This document shows, in pieces, positions 39,807 to 53,364 of a DNA stretch of 64,000 bases. The notes beneath the pieces are model-generated. The model made no database searches. It had not been told where the DNA came from and worked only from the letters and a program-made list of their open reading frames with translations. Made by a program: the position numbers and the translations under genes. The DNA is taken from contig NC_057720.1 in assembly GCF_004010195.1 (NCBI RefSeq), positions 26,486,890 through 26,550,889 on the forward strand. The letters are read 5' to 3'. Source of the stretch: Chiloscyllium plagiosum (lineage: Eukaryota). Numbering within the stretch: the stretch's first letter is position 1; every line of letters begins with the position of its first letter.

Positions 39807-41894
39807 TTGCTTTCTGAATCAGATTTAAAAGCCCGAATGGCCTACTTATGTTCCTATGTCTTATGGACTTAACTGATAAGAAACAAATAACCTCAGTGTA
39901 AGGAATTTACTTTCAAATTCCGGAACAGAAGTGATTGGCTAAAGTCAGAAGGGGTTATTTGAAGCTGAGAGTGTCTAAGATATGTGAAGAGTCAAATAAA
40001 AGGCTATCAGACTCAAGATTTGGAATTGGAGTGCTGTTAAAGTAAGACTTAAAGTTGTGATTGAGATGGGAATTCTCTCAGTGTGAGTACTGTCAAAGGA
40101 GTATTGTTAAGATTACAGGGATTTAATTTTACTGTGTCTTTCAAAATCTTTAAACTTGTCTTATATGTGACTAATTTGGCTTATTTAATTGAATTTTCAT
40201 CTTTTTGCATAATAAGCTTCTGTTTATCATTAAAATTTGATCTGCAGCATTGCACGTTTGTGTTTCAGTGAAAGACCACACATTAAAATAAAAAGAAAGA
40301 TCCATCGAGCCAGATTTCAGGGTGCCATTTGCCCTGCCCAGCAATAATATTAGCAGGGATAATAGCACTCGGCATAAATAAAACCTTCTGAGGACTGGCA
40401 TCCTTCACACTGTGGACCTTAGGAGGTAGGTACTTGAAGGTGGTTGCAAATGTATATACTTTTGCACTTATCCCCCATCATTGAAGATGGGTAAGTTTGT
40501 GGAACCTCCTCCTTCTGCTAGTTGTTTAATTAGCTGCTACTATTTATGTATTGATGTGGAAGAACTGCATTGCTTGGATTTGATTCACTGCTTTTGAAAT
40601 TACTGAGAAGCAGCAGGCAATAGACAGAGCTGTTTCACACCATTCCCACACTCTTCTTTGAGCCACTATTGATCTTCCTGCTTGATGGCAATGTTGGAAT
40701 GGGAAATATGGTGACCCATGAAGGTACAGGCTGTGTTTGAATACAATTTTGCTGTTGTTGATGACCCACAACACTGAATGGATGCCCAGTTTTGCTTTGC
40801 TCTATCGGTTCGAATACCATCCCATTGAGCTCAGTGGCAGTGGCACACATCATGGTAAATGCCATCTTCAAATGTGGATATGGAGGACCTCATTTCCATC
40901 GGTCTTGCTCCAGAGGCTATTGTCAGGAACATAGGCATCCACAACAGATAGATCAGTGAGCGTGAGGTCAGTAGAGTTTTCCCCTCTTGCTACCTGCCAT
41001 ACCACCTGCCACAGACCTAGTCTCGTAACTATGACTTTTAAGACTCAGTCAGATCGGTTATTAGTGTTGCTGCCAAATAGTGTCAGATGGGTATAAGTGG
41101 GAAGGTGGCAATCATGAAAAGATGATGGTAAAACTATGTAAAGGTAACCAGTGTTTGAATAGGCAGGTACAGGCAGAGAAAGCCTGCCGGTGCGTCCTCC
41201 AAACCTTTGAAGTTTGTTTTATTTCTCCTCCTCCCCCTCTTCCAGGGCTTCCTTCACCCACAGCATCTGCTCTTTCTCCCTTTTGTGTTGCTGACCCAGA
41301 GGCATTGGGTCAGCAGATCCTCTGCCCTCACTAGTCCCTTCAACATACTAGGACATCTCTTCAGATGCTCCTGAATACTTCAGACACTTTGCAATAGCAA
41401 TAGTTACCTGGCAATTGAATGCCTATTCTTTGAAATAATGGCAGTTGAGGTTTCCTCTTATAGCTGAACACATGTTCTTTTGTGTGGGAATTACATAGAT
41501 TCAGCAGAACCAGATATTCCACGTTTGAAATTGTGCATCAAATCAACCTGAAGAGCTGGGTGCCATTACGATCTGGTTAGTTGAAAGGCTTCAAGTTACA
41601 CACATGGCCCACCTATACACATTCCTTCCCAGCGCTGGTGTCACATTGGCTACATTGGAAACAAACAGAACAACCAAGTGCATCATTCTGAGGGTCCTGA
41701 GCATCCAAATACCAACTCTATTGGCCACATAAATAATTTTCTATTTCTTTCTGTTAGAATTTTGTCTGCTTGATTGTGCTTCATGGAGCAGAGAGTCTGT
41801 ATATGCAAATAGTATGTGAGAACTTGAGTTCAAGAATGAATCTGCATACTATTTAGATACATGTACATTGATACATACCTCCCTTGAGTGCATA

Positions 41895-42888
41895 TAAGAA
41901 CTAGCCATTTGGATACATAACTGGCTCAAAGGTAGAAGACAGAGGGTGGTGGTAGATGGTTGTTTTTCAGATTGAAGGCCTGTGACCAGTGGAGTGCCAC
42001 AAGGATTGGTGCTGGGTCCACTTCTTTTCATCATTTATATAAATGATTTGGAAGTGAGCATGAGAGGTATAGTTATAAAGTTTGCAGATGATACCAAAAT
42101 TGGACATGTCATGGACAGCAAAGAAGGTTACCTCAGATTACAATGGGATCTTGATCAGATGGGCCGATGGGCTGAGAAATGGCAGATGGAGTTTAATTCA
42201 GATAAATACAAGGTGCTGCATTCTGTGAAAACAAATCTTAGCAGGACTTATACACTTAATGGTAAGGTCCTAGCAAGTGTTGCTGAACAAAGACACCTTG
42301 GAGAATAGGTTCATAGCTCCTTGAAAGTGAAGTTACAGGTAGATAGGATAGTGAAGAAGGTGTTTGGTATGCTTTCCTTTATTGGTCAGAGTATTGAGTA
42401 CAGGACATTGGTTAGGCCACTGTTGGAATATTGCGTGCAATTCTGGTCCCCTTCCTATCGGAAAGATGTTGTGAAACTTGAAAGGGTTCAGAAAAGATTT
42501 ATAAGTATATTGCCATGGTTGGAGGATTTGAGCTACAGGAAGAGGCTGAATAGGCTGGGGCTGTTTTCCCTGGAGCGTTGAAGGCCAAGGGGCGACCTTA
42601 TAGACGGCATAGGTTTAGGGTGAGAGGGGAAAGATATGAGAGAGACCCAAGGGGCAACGTTTTCACACAGAGGGTGGTACGTGTATGGAATGAGCTGCCA
42701 GAGGATGTGGTGGAGGCTGGTACAATTGCAACATTTAAAAGGCATTTGGATGGGTATATGAATAGGAAGGGTTTGGAGGATATGGGCCGGGAGGTGGCAG
42801 GTGGGACTAGATTGGATTGGGATATCTGGTCAGTATGGACCGGTTGAACTAAAGGCTGTTTCCGTGCTCTATGACTCCATGACTCTAT
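41895..42888 (+). mobile_element. CR1 LINE 3' ~1 kb (RT domain)
   Basis: SGVPQGLVLGP, KFADDTK, LEYCVQFWSP; (atgactc)n tail. Confidence 0.95.
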
Positions 42889-45064
42889 ATAGCAAATGTA
42901 TTCAACTGGAAAACCAAGTAAATAGACCACTTCCATAATAACAACTCTTGCATGTTCTCAAATGCCAGAGAAGGCAGAAATCAACTATCAGGCTCTTCAA
43001 ATACAAGAAGAAATCAGCCAAGCTCTTTCTCAAAGCACAACATAATGCCCAAAAAAGAAACAATTATTTTCCAAGAACAACAAAGTCTCATGGATTTGTG
43101 AGCCAGCTGTTACTGCAGTTATCTTTCTCTCAGGAAGGACACACACAATTACAAAATTCAAGAGGACACAGTTGGACACCAAAGAGTCATGGAAACCTGC
43201 TACTCTCCAGCCCTTAGATAGAAATCCTACAGCTTTAATAACTGATCCTTCCATCCTAATTCAGATCAAACCAGACCAATCACCACTAAAGCAAGTTCAG
43301 TAATAGGCGTCTCTTAGTGTTAAATGTGGAATTTTACAAAGTCCAACAAACAAGAAGATCTTTGTCCAACAAGATTGAAGGATAGTCCACCTCCATCAAA
43401 GAGACAGATGTTGCTATTTTCTATTCCACAAGTTAACCCAAACAACACAAGACGTTTCCACCTGGATTAACTCGCTATATTTTTCTATGAATACTTTTCA
43501 TATTTCATTACAAGTCCTGTCTGACTTGCTCGCAATTGGCCTTATCCCATATACTTTCAAGTTACAACGCTATAACCATCCTTAACACTCAAGCATTGCA
43601 GCTTAATATATTCAGCTGTAAATTCTGTTATTTCCTCTCAGAATTTGTACGCACCATATTTTAAGGGAGATAAAGACTTGATCGGCCTTTTCAGACAGTG
43701 ACTTGAAGCCACGTTTCATTCTGCGGTTTCACTAGGAGAATTTTCAAAAATAATTTTCAGAAGTAATAGACAGCACTAAAACTGTCACCAGGCTTTTATT
43801 CCATGTTGAAGTTTTAAATAAAGGTTGTGTGTTTCTGAACAAAAACTCCCGTAGAGCTGTGAAATGCTTCCAGCAACCTGCACGCATCATATGATTGACA
43901 CAAAGATTTAGAGCCCTCTGTTTTTAAAGAGCCCCCTTTGCAAGTACTATTCACTTTTTTCACAATTACAAAAGGCAGAAGAATGGTAATGTTAAAAAGC
44001 TTCCATTTGCATGGTTGTAGATGTTGAACAATTGTTGTCATCTAATCAGTCCAATGACTCACATGGTTGAACACTTAGCTCCAAATTCAGCAACCATAAG
44101 TTCTAGCCCCCAAAGCACTTTGTCTTTTTAGTTGATCGGATTTCAACTGCTCTCAAGGCAGATAAAGCATTACCCAAGCAGAGAAGCATTGTACCTTAAT
44201 GATGAGGAGAATACATATACACAATATGACTCGAGTCACAGCAATCCTCAGGGAGTCATACAAACAGCAACCTCTCAGGAGGGCACAATCAGAAATATTT
44301 CTCTCTCTGATGAGAATTGAACAAAACAATAAAGAGAAAAATAAAGAAAAATAAAATACAAGAAAATATCAACTTGTTTAGGTTTTGTTCATTACTTATT
44401 TGAATGTATGTAACTACAATCTAATTGAATACAAAAAAGGTTCCTCCCATGTACATTCGGGTAGGTAATCAGAACTGTTAAGCAAAATTCAGCAAGGCCG
44501 TCTTCACTGCTTCAAATTAAAGATGCGCCATTAAAGCTAAACAAGAATTCATAACAATAAGAGCTTCCTATGCAGTTGAAGTACTATAAAGAGCTCCAGA
44601 CTTGTGTTTATGTTGACACAATAACTGAGCTCCAGGTCATTTTCGACTCTTTCCCTGAAACATATGAGAAAACAAAGCTTTTCTTTCAGCCAACTCTCGG
44701 TTAAATAACTGCCCAATTAAAATCGACAATATGATCCTGCGTCTTTGGAGACTACTCTCAACAAAGTTCTCATCATCACCTCCAATGTATCAAATCAGTC
44801 TTTGGCTGACTGATGAATAGATGATCTCACATCAGGATCTCTAACTCAAGGCTGAGGTCATGGTTCACTGACCTGCAAAATTTGGACAACCTACAGCAGC
44901 TTCCTCAGATTAGTGCCTTGCAAAATCTTACAAATCCAGTGGCAGGAAAAGCAGTATAACTATGTCACGCTCCTCTAAGAAATATGGCTAGCATCAAAAT
45001 GTTAATCACTCAAAACCCACTGCATTGTGTGGGATATTTTATGCATACGACATCAGCGTGACAA

Positions 45065-45664
45065 TGCTATGGTTTTAAGAAGTTATTTTGTCCTGGTTTC
45101 TTTTAAAAAGAAAGATTGAACAAGAGTCATGAGCAGTCTGTAAGAAAGTATACTGTTTGTGAGCTTAAGTCCTTAAGTTTGGACAATAAAAGCAGCCTGA
45201 ATGGGTGTGATGGAACTCTCACAGAACCAAGGTTTTCAGTTTAGTTTCCAGCATTTGCTGTTGGGGTCTTGAAGAAGTGAAAGCTACTTTTCCCCTCTCT
45301 TGGTTATAGCCCAAAGCTGGGGTTCTCTGCCTGCTACTGGAATTACATGTGAGACAATCTGTTTTCTGAATTTACCTTCTGCCATGAAATGTCACGATAT
45401 TGGAAAAGTAAATTAGTAATTAGTCATTGTATCAATTATTCTGTTAACTTTCCCACTAGAGTTACATTATTCCAATTCCTTCTTCCTTTTGTTGTATTTT
45501 AACTATAGTGGATGAATAAAATCGGTTTTGTTTTAAATCTAGTAGATTGACCAATCAAATTGCATCTGGAATGCAACATCTTACATTGACCTTTAAAATA
45601 AGCAAAGGTTATAGTCCAGACTACCTGCTGAATACTTTAAAGGAATTTGGTCTGGTCCATAACA
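45065..45664 (+). mobile_element. Probable solo LTR (600 bp)
   Basis: TGCTATGG...CCATAACA inverted termini, AATAAA ~45515; no clean TSD. Confidence 0.55.
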
Positions 45665-47044
45665 CCAGACTCCTGAAGCAACGGCTACAGTCAGACTTGG
45701 TCATGGCTGGAAAATCCCAGAACATGAGAAACATTTTAGTGCTTTCCTCAAAGCATGCCTGAAGAGATCAAACATCATCACTGACTCAAGGAATTGAGGT
45801 GCTTGTCATAAACCAAATTGAAGAAAGTTATTTTCAAAGACACCAAGCAGATCAAGAGGTTGGTCAGGAATATGCACAGTTAAGGATGAGGCATTGATCA
45901 TTGGATGCATCAACGATCTGAAAACCCAGTGCAAGTAGGTCATCCTCAATCCTCAAAGACAAAGGAAGAAAAAAAGCCAGGAATTCTCTGGAATTGGAGC
46001 TGCATCGTATACTTAACCCAGTGCAATTCCTGTACTTCAAATGAACAATCATCAGATATAACACCGAAGCAAACATACCAAAAGTGGACTTCAGTTCATG
46101 GCGTAAAAGTCAGTTTGTGACAAAGTTTGCCTTAAAAAGGACACTTGAAACATAACTTGCAAAAATGCTTACAAACACATAAATTTACTTTGTCCAACCA
46201 GGCATAAAGAGAGAGCAGGAAGACATATTGCAAACTTGCAAAAAAGCATTTTGTCAGAGACTATGTAGTTAAAAGTGGCCACCCTCAGACTAATTTGTAT
46301 AGATCGTTCAAACATCTGGTCTTGTGCATTGAGCTGTTGTATTGTAGATGGGAGATTGATGATTTCCACACAGGAGAAGCGAATGATCAGTGAAAGGTAT
46401 TGACCGCTGTATTGTGTAGCTGTCAGTGCAGTAGTGGTGCTTGTCAGCAAAGTGGAGTTTCCAGCTAGAATTCATTTTGTGAGGTGCTGTCAACACAGGC
46501 CAGAACAAATACCCCAAATAAAAGAAATTTTATGCTTTCAGCAGACTCACCACCTGGCAATAGTCTTAAGCATTCTTTCAATAGCCTGTGAACTCTCAAA
46601 GGAAACATCACAATTTCCTTCCATCATGGACCCCACCCCCCCATCGCAAAAACATTCCTTTTCTTCAAGTTACACATGACAGGGTTTCCCAGGCGATCAA
46701 GCACATAATGAAGAGCTTCAGAAATGAAGCAGTGCTACATTTGATACCTATGTGTGTGTGAGCATACACAGAGACACACAAGCCACATTACCTTGAGGTG
46801 AACTGATCGTATATATTACACCTTCCCTGCAGTTCACTTACCATGCTGATAGTTTCAGCGACCTTAAAAGTTTGCTTAGGGTTGTCTGTGTGTCTCTACC
46901 TCTGGGCCAAAAGGCCTGGTTGAAGTCCCACCTGCTTCAAATGTAGTGACTGGAACCAGCTGGATCTTGCTGAATACAAGATTCTTGATTGGGGTTGTTA
47001 ATCATGAAAGCCCTGGTTGACCAATACAACTGGAAGACCGATAT

Positions 47045-47362
47045 GTTTGGGTCCAGGTATCCATGGAGAAGGAGCGTGCAGTGTCTACCAATGCCCTGGC
47101 GGTTTTCAGGGAGAGGTGGACACCGCAGGGTGTGGAGTGCTTTATTTCCCCCTCCAACTCTATTTTGATTATGCCCTGCCCTCCCCTTTACCTTTTTGAT
47201 CACTCAGACATTGCCCTTTGGTGAGAAGGGCACTGCTTGTTTTTGGCCACTCAGGTGTTTCCTTTCTTCCTGGTGGTGGAACATGAATGAAGATTTCTGC
47301 ACTTGTTGTTCTTCACTATGTCCTAAACCTGCACACATATGACATGGGCACTGGGAAAAATA
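47045..47362 (+). mobile_element. Tx1/L1-like LINE 3' end
   Basis: VQVSMEKERAVSTNALAVFRERWTPQGVECFISPSNSILI resembles Tx1 ORF2 C-termini; short A-run. Confidence 0.55.
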
Positions 47363-47479
47363 CGCACTACCACTGTTTGGGTGTGGGGTGTGGGGACCTG
47401 ATTCCTGAACTGGTTGATCTAGACAGCCAGTTTGTTACTTTTTGAGGGAAAAAATATATATAGACAATAGACAATAGCC

Positions 47480-47650
47480 TGAGCGCTGTCCTAAATGGTC
47501 TACCCCGTATTTTTAAGCTGTGTCCTCTGGTTCGGCACTCACCCATCAGTGGAAATATGTTTCCTACTGCCAGAGTGTCCAATCCTTTCATAATCTTATA
47601 TGTCTCAATCAGATCCCCTCTCAATCTTCGAAACTCAAGGGTATACAGCC
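47480..47650 (-). mobile_element. CR1 fragment
   Basis: RGDLIETYKIMKG..RTRGHSLKIRG. Confidence 0.85.
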
Positions 47651-47796
47651 AGGAGACTTAGAATCTCCTCAGTTCAGGGGACTGACTCCAAGCTAGCTGT
47701 CCAACGCCAATGTACTGTGCACAAATAAATACAGGGTGACTTAGTGAGGGGATACCAGCCTCTGTGCAGATATTTAAGTGTCATAATATATCTGAA

Positions 47797-48013
47797 CATG
47801 ATTTGGAGGTGCCGGTATTGGACCGGGGTGGACAAAGTTAAAAATCACACAACACCAGGTTATAGTCCAACAGGTTTATTTGGAAGCACACTAGCTTTCA
47901 GAGCGCTGCTCCTTCATCAGTTCCACCTGATGAAGGAGCAGCGCTCTCTGAAAGCTGGTGCTTCCAAATTAACCTGTTGGACTATAACCTGGCGTTGTGT
48001 GATTTTGCACTTG
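47797..48013. mobile_element. Palindromic PLE family A mini-element
   Basis: Head-to-head CTGATGA cores around 47921; TSD atatctgaa (47788-47796, 48014-48022). Confidence 0.9.
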
Positions 48014-48053
48014 ATATCTGAATAGGTTGATTTAATAAGTATCTAAAAGGTGA

Positions 48054-48141
48054 TTTTTGAGAAAATTTGTAGCTCAGGTTGATGATAAGTATGTAAGTTA
48101 GCTCACCGAGCTTGAAGATTTGTTTTCAGACATTTCATCAC
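48054..48141 (-). mobile_element. PLE family C terminal fragment
   Basis: Similar to 12040-12130. Confidence 0.65.
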
Positions 48142-48569
48142 GATATAACATTCTGAAAAGTGGACCCACCAATGGAAGAATGGGAGAGTGTGTCACCTCC
48201 AAGTACATTTTCTGTATAAATATCATAAGTAGCTTGAAACAGATGAAGGCTGGACTTCAGCACAAGCACAAATTAGTAACATTTATTCATTATGAATCTA
48301 AATATAATGGCAGGATACAGTATGGCTAGTGCCTTCTTCCATCAGATCTCCATTCTATATGATCCGACACTATTGTAATGCAGATTAGCAGCTATTAAAT
48401 CATACACAAACTTCCGCTCAAGTTAATTTTTCCTGCAAAACCTTAACATTGTGAATGACTTACAGTTTTCATTCAACTTCTGCCTAACCCTCCACTTTTC
48501 AAGTTTATTTTCTAAAGGCATCAATCTTCAACAGTGCTTGAAGCTTTATTCTTTAAGTTCGTTCATGAG

Positions 48570-48845
48570 ATGTGGGTTAGGCCAGTTTTTATTAAGAGTC
48601 ATATTGTCAGGAGTCACATATAGACCAGGCCAGGCAAAGATGGCAGATCTTATTCCTGAAAAGGGCATAGCTGAACTTTTTATGCGAATTGACATGGTCA
48701 CCATTAGACTAGCTTTAATTCCATTATCTTTAGTATTGAATTTAAATTTCATAATTTGCCATAGTAGGATTTAAACTCATGACCTCAGAAAATTATTCTG
48801 GGGTTCTGGATGGCTAACCCATTGACATTACCACATTGCCACCAA
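48570..48845 (-). mobile_element. SacSINE1/DeuSINE-like SINE (old)
   Basis: ggagtcacatatagaccaggccagg..atggcag. Confidence 0.55.
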
Positions 48846-49171
48846 CTCCATCAGGAAATAGGATTTCACCAAAAGCAAGAAAATAAACTTGACGATTTTA
48901 AGAAATTAGACTCTCTCAAACCTACATCAGAATTGGGATCTATAGTAAATTCCAGTGTAGTTCTCTAATCCGCAGACTGGTTTGAAAGTTCAACATTAGC
49001 ATCAGGCATGTTGTCTACAAGAGTTGTATTGGCGATAAGATGGGCATTTAGTTCAAGTGCTTCTGTGGTTGCTCTGTGGTCTGGCATTGCTTTTGATTGC
49101 TAATAGTTCTGCTTAGTTTTTGCTCTGGAGTTAAACTTTCTCTAAATCTTGCTTAATTTCAATATTGAAAT

Positions 49172-49503
49172 GGGGAGATAATGACCTAGCGGTATTATTG
49201 CGAAACTATTACTCCAGAAACTCAGCTAATGTCATAGGGAGTGGGGTTCAAATCCTGCCATGGCAGTTGATGGAATTTGAATTTGATAAGGAATGTGGAA
49301 GTAAGGGTCTAATAATGACCATGAAACCAATGTTGGTTGGCTAAGTGTCCTTTTGGGTTGGAAGTTGCCACCCTCTCATGTTCTGGTCGACATGTGACTC
49401 CAGACCCATAGCACTGTGGTTAACTCTGAATTGTCCTCTGGATAATTAGGGACCGTCAATAAATGCTGGCCTAGCCAGAGAGACCCACATCCCATGAGTG
49501 AAC
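49172..49503 (+). mobile_element. SacSINE1/DeuSINE-like SINE
   Basis: ggttcaaatcc B box; catgtgactccagaccc; aataaatgctggcctagcc tail. Confidence 0.72.
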
Positions 49504-50189
49504 AGTAAATAATATTTTCAAGTTTCCTTTGATGCTCGGAGATAGGCATTTTCTCTTCAGCTCCAGAAGTTGAACCTCTATTCATTTACTTAGAGAAATT
49601 GATTACTTCCATGGTTTGCTCAAAGATTTGATTGCAGCCTCCAGTTTACATTTGCACAGAATAAGAACCTCTGATTTTATATATTGGCTTGATGTAATTA
49701 TTTGGGCATAAGTCTAATTCTCCCTGGATAATCTTTCATTGTCCCTACGCAATTGTTATTGCATGTCATTGGTGGGTCCAGGCAAACAAGCAGACCAATT
49801 CACCTCACTATCCCCTTTCTCAACAAAAAGTGGACTCTCTTCAAAAGAGACAGTTAAGACTTTAACATTATCGTTGCTGCCAAAATGTAGAGCAAGATCC
49901 AAGGCCTCTTCTTTTAACAAACTTCACCATCAATGGCAGCTTCATTCCCTCCCACTGCTGATTTGCTCTTTCATTAAGGCCTAGAGTGCCATTTTAAAGC
50001 TGGGCATGTTCATTCCTGGTGCATAGTTTTCCCAGTTTTTCTAGCCTTGCCACAGAGATGAAATATATGCAATACCACAGTGGTTCGCACTGCTACCTCA
50101 CTGTACCCAATGCCCAGCTTCAATTCCACTCTTGGGTCACTGCATGGATTTCTGCTGGGTGTTCTGGATTCTTTCCACAGTACAAAGAT

Positions 50190-50522
50190 AATAGAATCCC
50201 TGGAAACAGACCCCTTGGCCCAACAAGTCCACACCAATCCTTTGAAGAGAATCCCACCCAGACCCATTCCCCTACCCTTTTACTCTACATTATCCCTAAC
50301 TAATGCCCCTAACCTACACATCCCTAAACACTTTAGGCAATTTAGCATGGCCAATTCACCTAACCTCCACATCTTTGTAACTGTGGGAGAAACTGGAGCA
50401 CCCGGAGGAAACCTACACAAACACCGGGAGAATGTGCAAACTCTACATAGTCACCAGAGGCTGGAATCGAATCCAGGTCCCTGGCGCTGTGAGACAGCAG
50501 GGCTAACCATTGGGCCACCGTG
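50190..50522 (-). mobile_element. HE1 V-SINE inserted antisense into an older HE1-like copy (50075-50657, +)
   Basis: Complete minus-strand head/V-domain/tail, flanked by the two halves of a + copy. Confidence 0.82.
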
Positions 50523-50834
50523 GGATAGATGGATTAGCCAGGATAAATGAGGGGTTACAGGGTCGGAGGCTGGGTCTAAGTGGGATGTACTTTGAAAGGT
50601 CGGTGCTCACTCTTTTCAGCCAAATAGCTCTTTCCATATGGTAGGAATTCTATGATCCCTCCATACATCCTAGGGATGGAATTTCTTCCACTGATTCACA
50701 ATGTGATGAGTCAACTTTAATTCCTGCTGCTATTGAATAATAATGATTCAAAGCCAAAAACTCACCTCAGTTTAATAATAAACAAGATTAAAGACTGGCA
50801 TACAACATGTAAAATGATCTCTTTCCAATTGTAG

Positions 50835-51037
50835 GAGAAAGTGATGACTGCAGATGCTGGAGATCAGAGCTGAAAATGTGTTGCTGGAAAAGCGCAGCAG
50901 GTCAGGCAGCATCCAAGAAGCAGGAGAATCAATGTTTTGGGCATGAGGCTGAAGAAGGGCTCATGCCCGAAACGTCGATTCTCCTGCTCCTTGATTGCTG
51001 CCTGACCTGCTGCGCTTTTCCAGCAACACATTTTCAG
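50835..51037. mobile_element. Palindromic PLE family B mini-element
   Basis: Arms ~50867-50947 / ~50960-51040; 16-bp direct repeat ctctttccaattgtag; + hammerhead core 50949-50976. Confidence 0.92.
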
Positions 51038-51143
51038 CTCTTTCCAATTGTAGTCTACATGTGCCTATATACTTTGATTGACATACCTCCTGATGTTGAG
51101 TGAAAGACAGTTGGAGAAATCACCTGAAAGAGTGGATTGACAA

Positions 51144-51976
51144 TTGATTTGACTTGATTTCTTGTCACATGTATTTATTACAAAAACAGTGAAAAATATA
51201 GCTTAGTGTCACCAATCTCTGGCTCCATCTTCAAATAAACCAAACCACAGAACTTTAAAGCCAGAAAAATAAAACAATAAAGTTCATTCTGTAGTCATAT
51301 CTCAATAAAAATGAGATGGTCTTTGGAACAGCTCCCGCTTCAGGTTCAGCCATGGGCCAGGATGTGGGCTCCACCACCTCCATACCTCGAGTCCCTGCTG
51401 CTTAACTAACTCCATTACTGCCACTGCCAGAACACAGTCACCACTCTCCGCCGCCATCTTACCTCCACTGACGCTGCCACTACCATAAGTTTGCGCTGGG
51501 ACAATCTCGCCCATGCAGTCACCACCTATGTCGCAGGATCCTGTGTTGGGACCAAACTCACAGCTACCGCCTCCGCCGTCAGACCTAGCCACAGATCTGG
51601 AGCCTCAGCTCAGCCTGCCAGTTTGGCCCGGGAGATTGAGCCTAGGACCTGCTCCTGACCCATGGGCAGACCGCCGACTGGGGTGTCCTGGCATTGCTTC
51701 TGCTGCCACTGAATGCCTTCTCCTTTGTCATTTACTCAGCCTCTGCGCTCTCCAGGCCCACGCTGCCATCTTCATCCGCCATTCCACAGGACCCACTCGT
51801 GCCGTTGCCACCAATGATGCCATCACCGAAGCCGTTGCAACCGAAGGCAAAAAGAGAAAGTACTTTAAAGGAAAAAAAATAAAAGTAAAGAGAAATAAAT
51901 AGAAAAAAAGACAGTCGACCGAAGTGGATGAGTTCCGGGCTCAGTAGCCTGACCATTGCCACTCCACCTGTACCGT
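51144..51976 (-). mobile_element. Non-coding GC-rich retroposon with a Rex1-like 3' tail
   Basis: ttgatt repeats + ttgtcaca..acagtgaa shared with 62036 and 58921. Confidence 0.45.
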
Positions 51977-53364
51977 AATGAAAATTAGGATTCCTACCTG
52001 TAACCATGCACCTTGTGTACCAATAAATGTCTTGTGTGCGTCTGCATTTTGTTCTTCAACAGCATCTACCTCTTGGATTGTTGAAGATTGGAGTCATCTG
52101 GTTTTAATTTTTTTTTGTACTTGGATGTCTTCTACTGCTGTTGTTTTGTAAAACTACCTTCAAATGGCCTTTGTTATGACATGCATGGCACTCAGCCTTG
52201 ATACCTTGGTCATTTTGATGCCAATATGGAGTTTTCCCACCACAACGCAGGCGTTAGAAAATGGGGATGACTGCTCACCACATCCATTGGCTTATTGGTG
52301 CAAGGCAAGCTTGTGATTAGCAAACAGAGCCTGTTTAGAATTAATAGCTCAGTCCCAGGAAACATCGCTGTGCCCTTGAATAAAAAGTGTATCCTTATAT
52401 ACTTCAGTCTGTCTGGTGAACTGTACTGCTTTTGATAATAAGGTTCTCTTTACACTGCAACAATTCTGACAATACTTTATTCAATACCTTCACTGGTGAT
52501 GCAGTCCCTTATGAGCTCATTTTTCGATAATATGTTTAGAATTATAAGCAAAGTAGTACAGATCATTTATTTTTTAAAAAATCAATTGTCTCCCCTGATT
52601 CTTGGCTGCAAGGATTGAATTTTTGTCCTGTTTATGATAGGATTGTGCCATAAACAAAGATAAAAATCAAAAGTCTAATTACATTGTTACATTTGGAGGT
52701 TTCCTCTTCTATTGACTTTCTAATCTAAATGGTCATGGCACAGCTCACTATCAAGCTTCTGAATGAGGCTGGAAGCACTTGTGTCTGTTGAAGTGATGAA
52801 GCAAGTTGATCCAGTCCCCAGTTTGGTTAGGTCCATCTGCATGCTTGAAGGAAGAGTCAAGTTTTATGTCCATTGCAGTTGACATTGTTGTAATGCAGTT
52901 AGCATCAGCTGTTATCAGACGGCACTGATGGTGAGTTGTTCTGATCAATGTTGTGTGGTTTTGTTTAAGTGGTGCTCTGGCAGCCAAAGATTTTTATGCT
53001 TCTTGCCCTGTTTCAGAATTGGCAGATGGTTTCCCTCTCTCCAGTCTGATTGCTGGGTAAAGTCCTTCACCCCCTGCTCTCGAGCTTCCCCTCACACTTT
53101 CTCCCTGTTGTCTCCTGATGTTTTTGTGGGTCTGTTCACCACATTACCAAGTATAAACATCATTAACAGTTCTTGAGAGCCTGGGACAACATTAGAGCAA
53201 ACGGTTAGCTATAAAACCCCACATAAAAACATGGTAGAGCAGGGCTGTGCCAGTGCCTTCTTCCATCCGCTCTCAGTGTTATGCGATAGGACATCATTAG
53301 ACTGCATCAATGTGTTATAACTGTCATCATATAAAGTGACCCATATATTACATGCCCTTTTAAA

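Noticed and set aside
39895..40370. Additional solo LTR
   Set aside because: LTR-like composition, but termini and TSD could not be defined.
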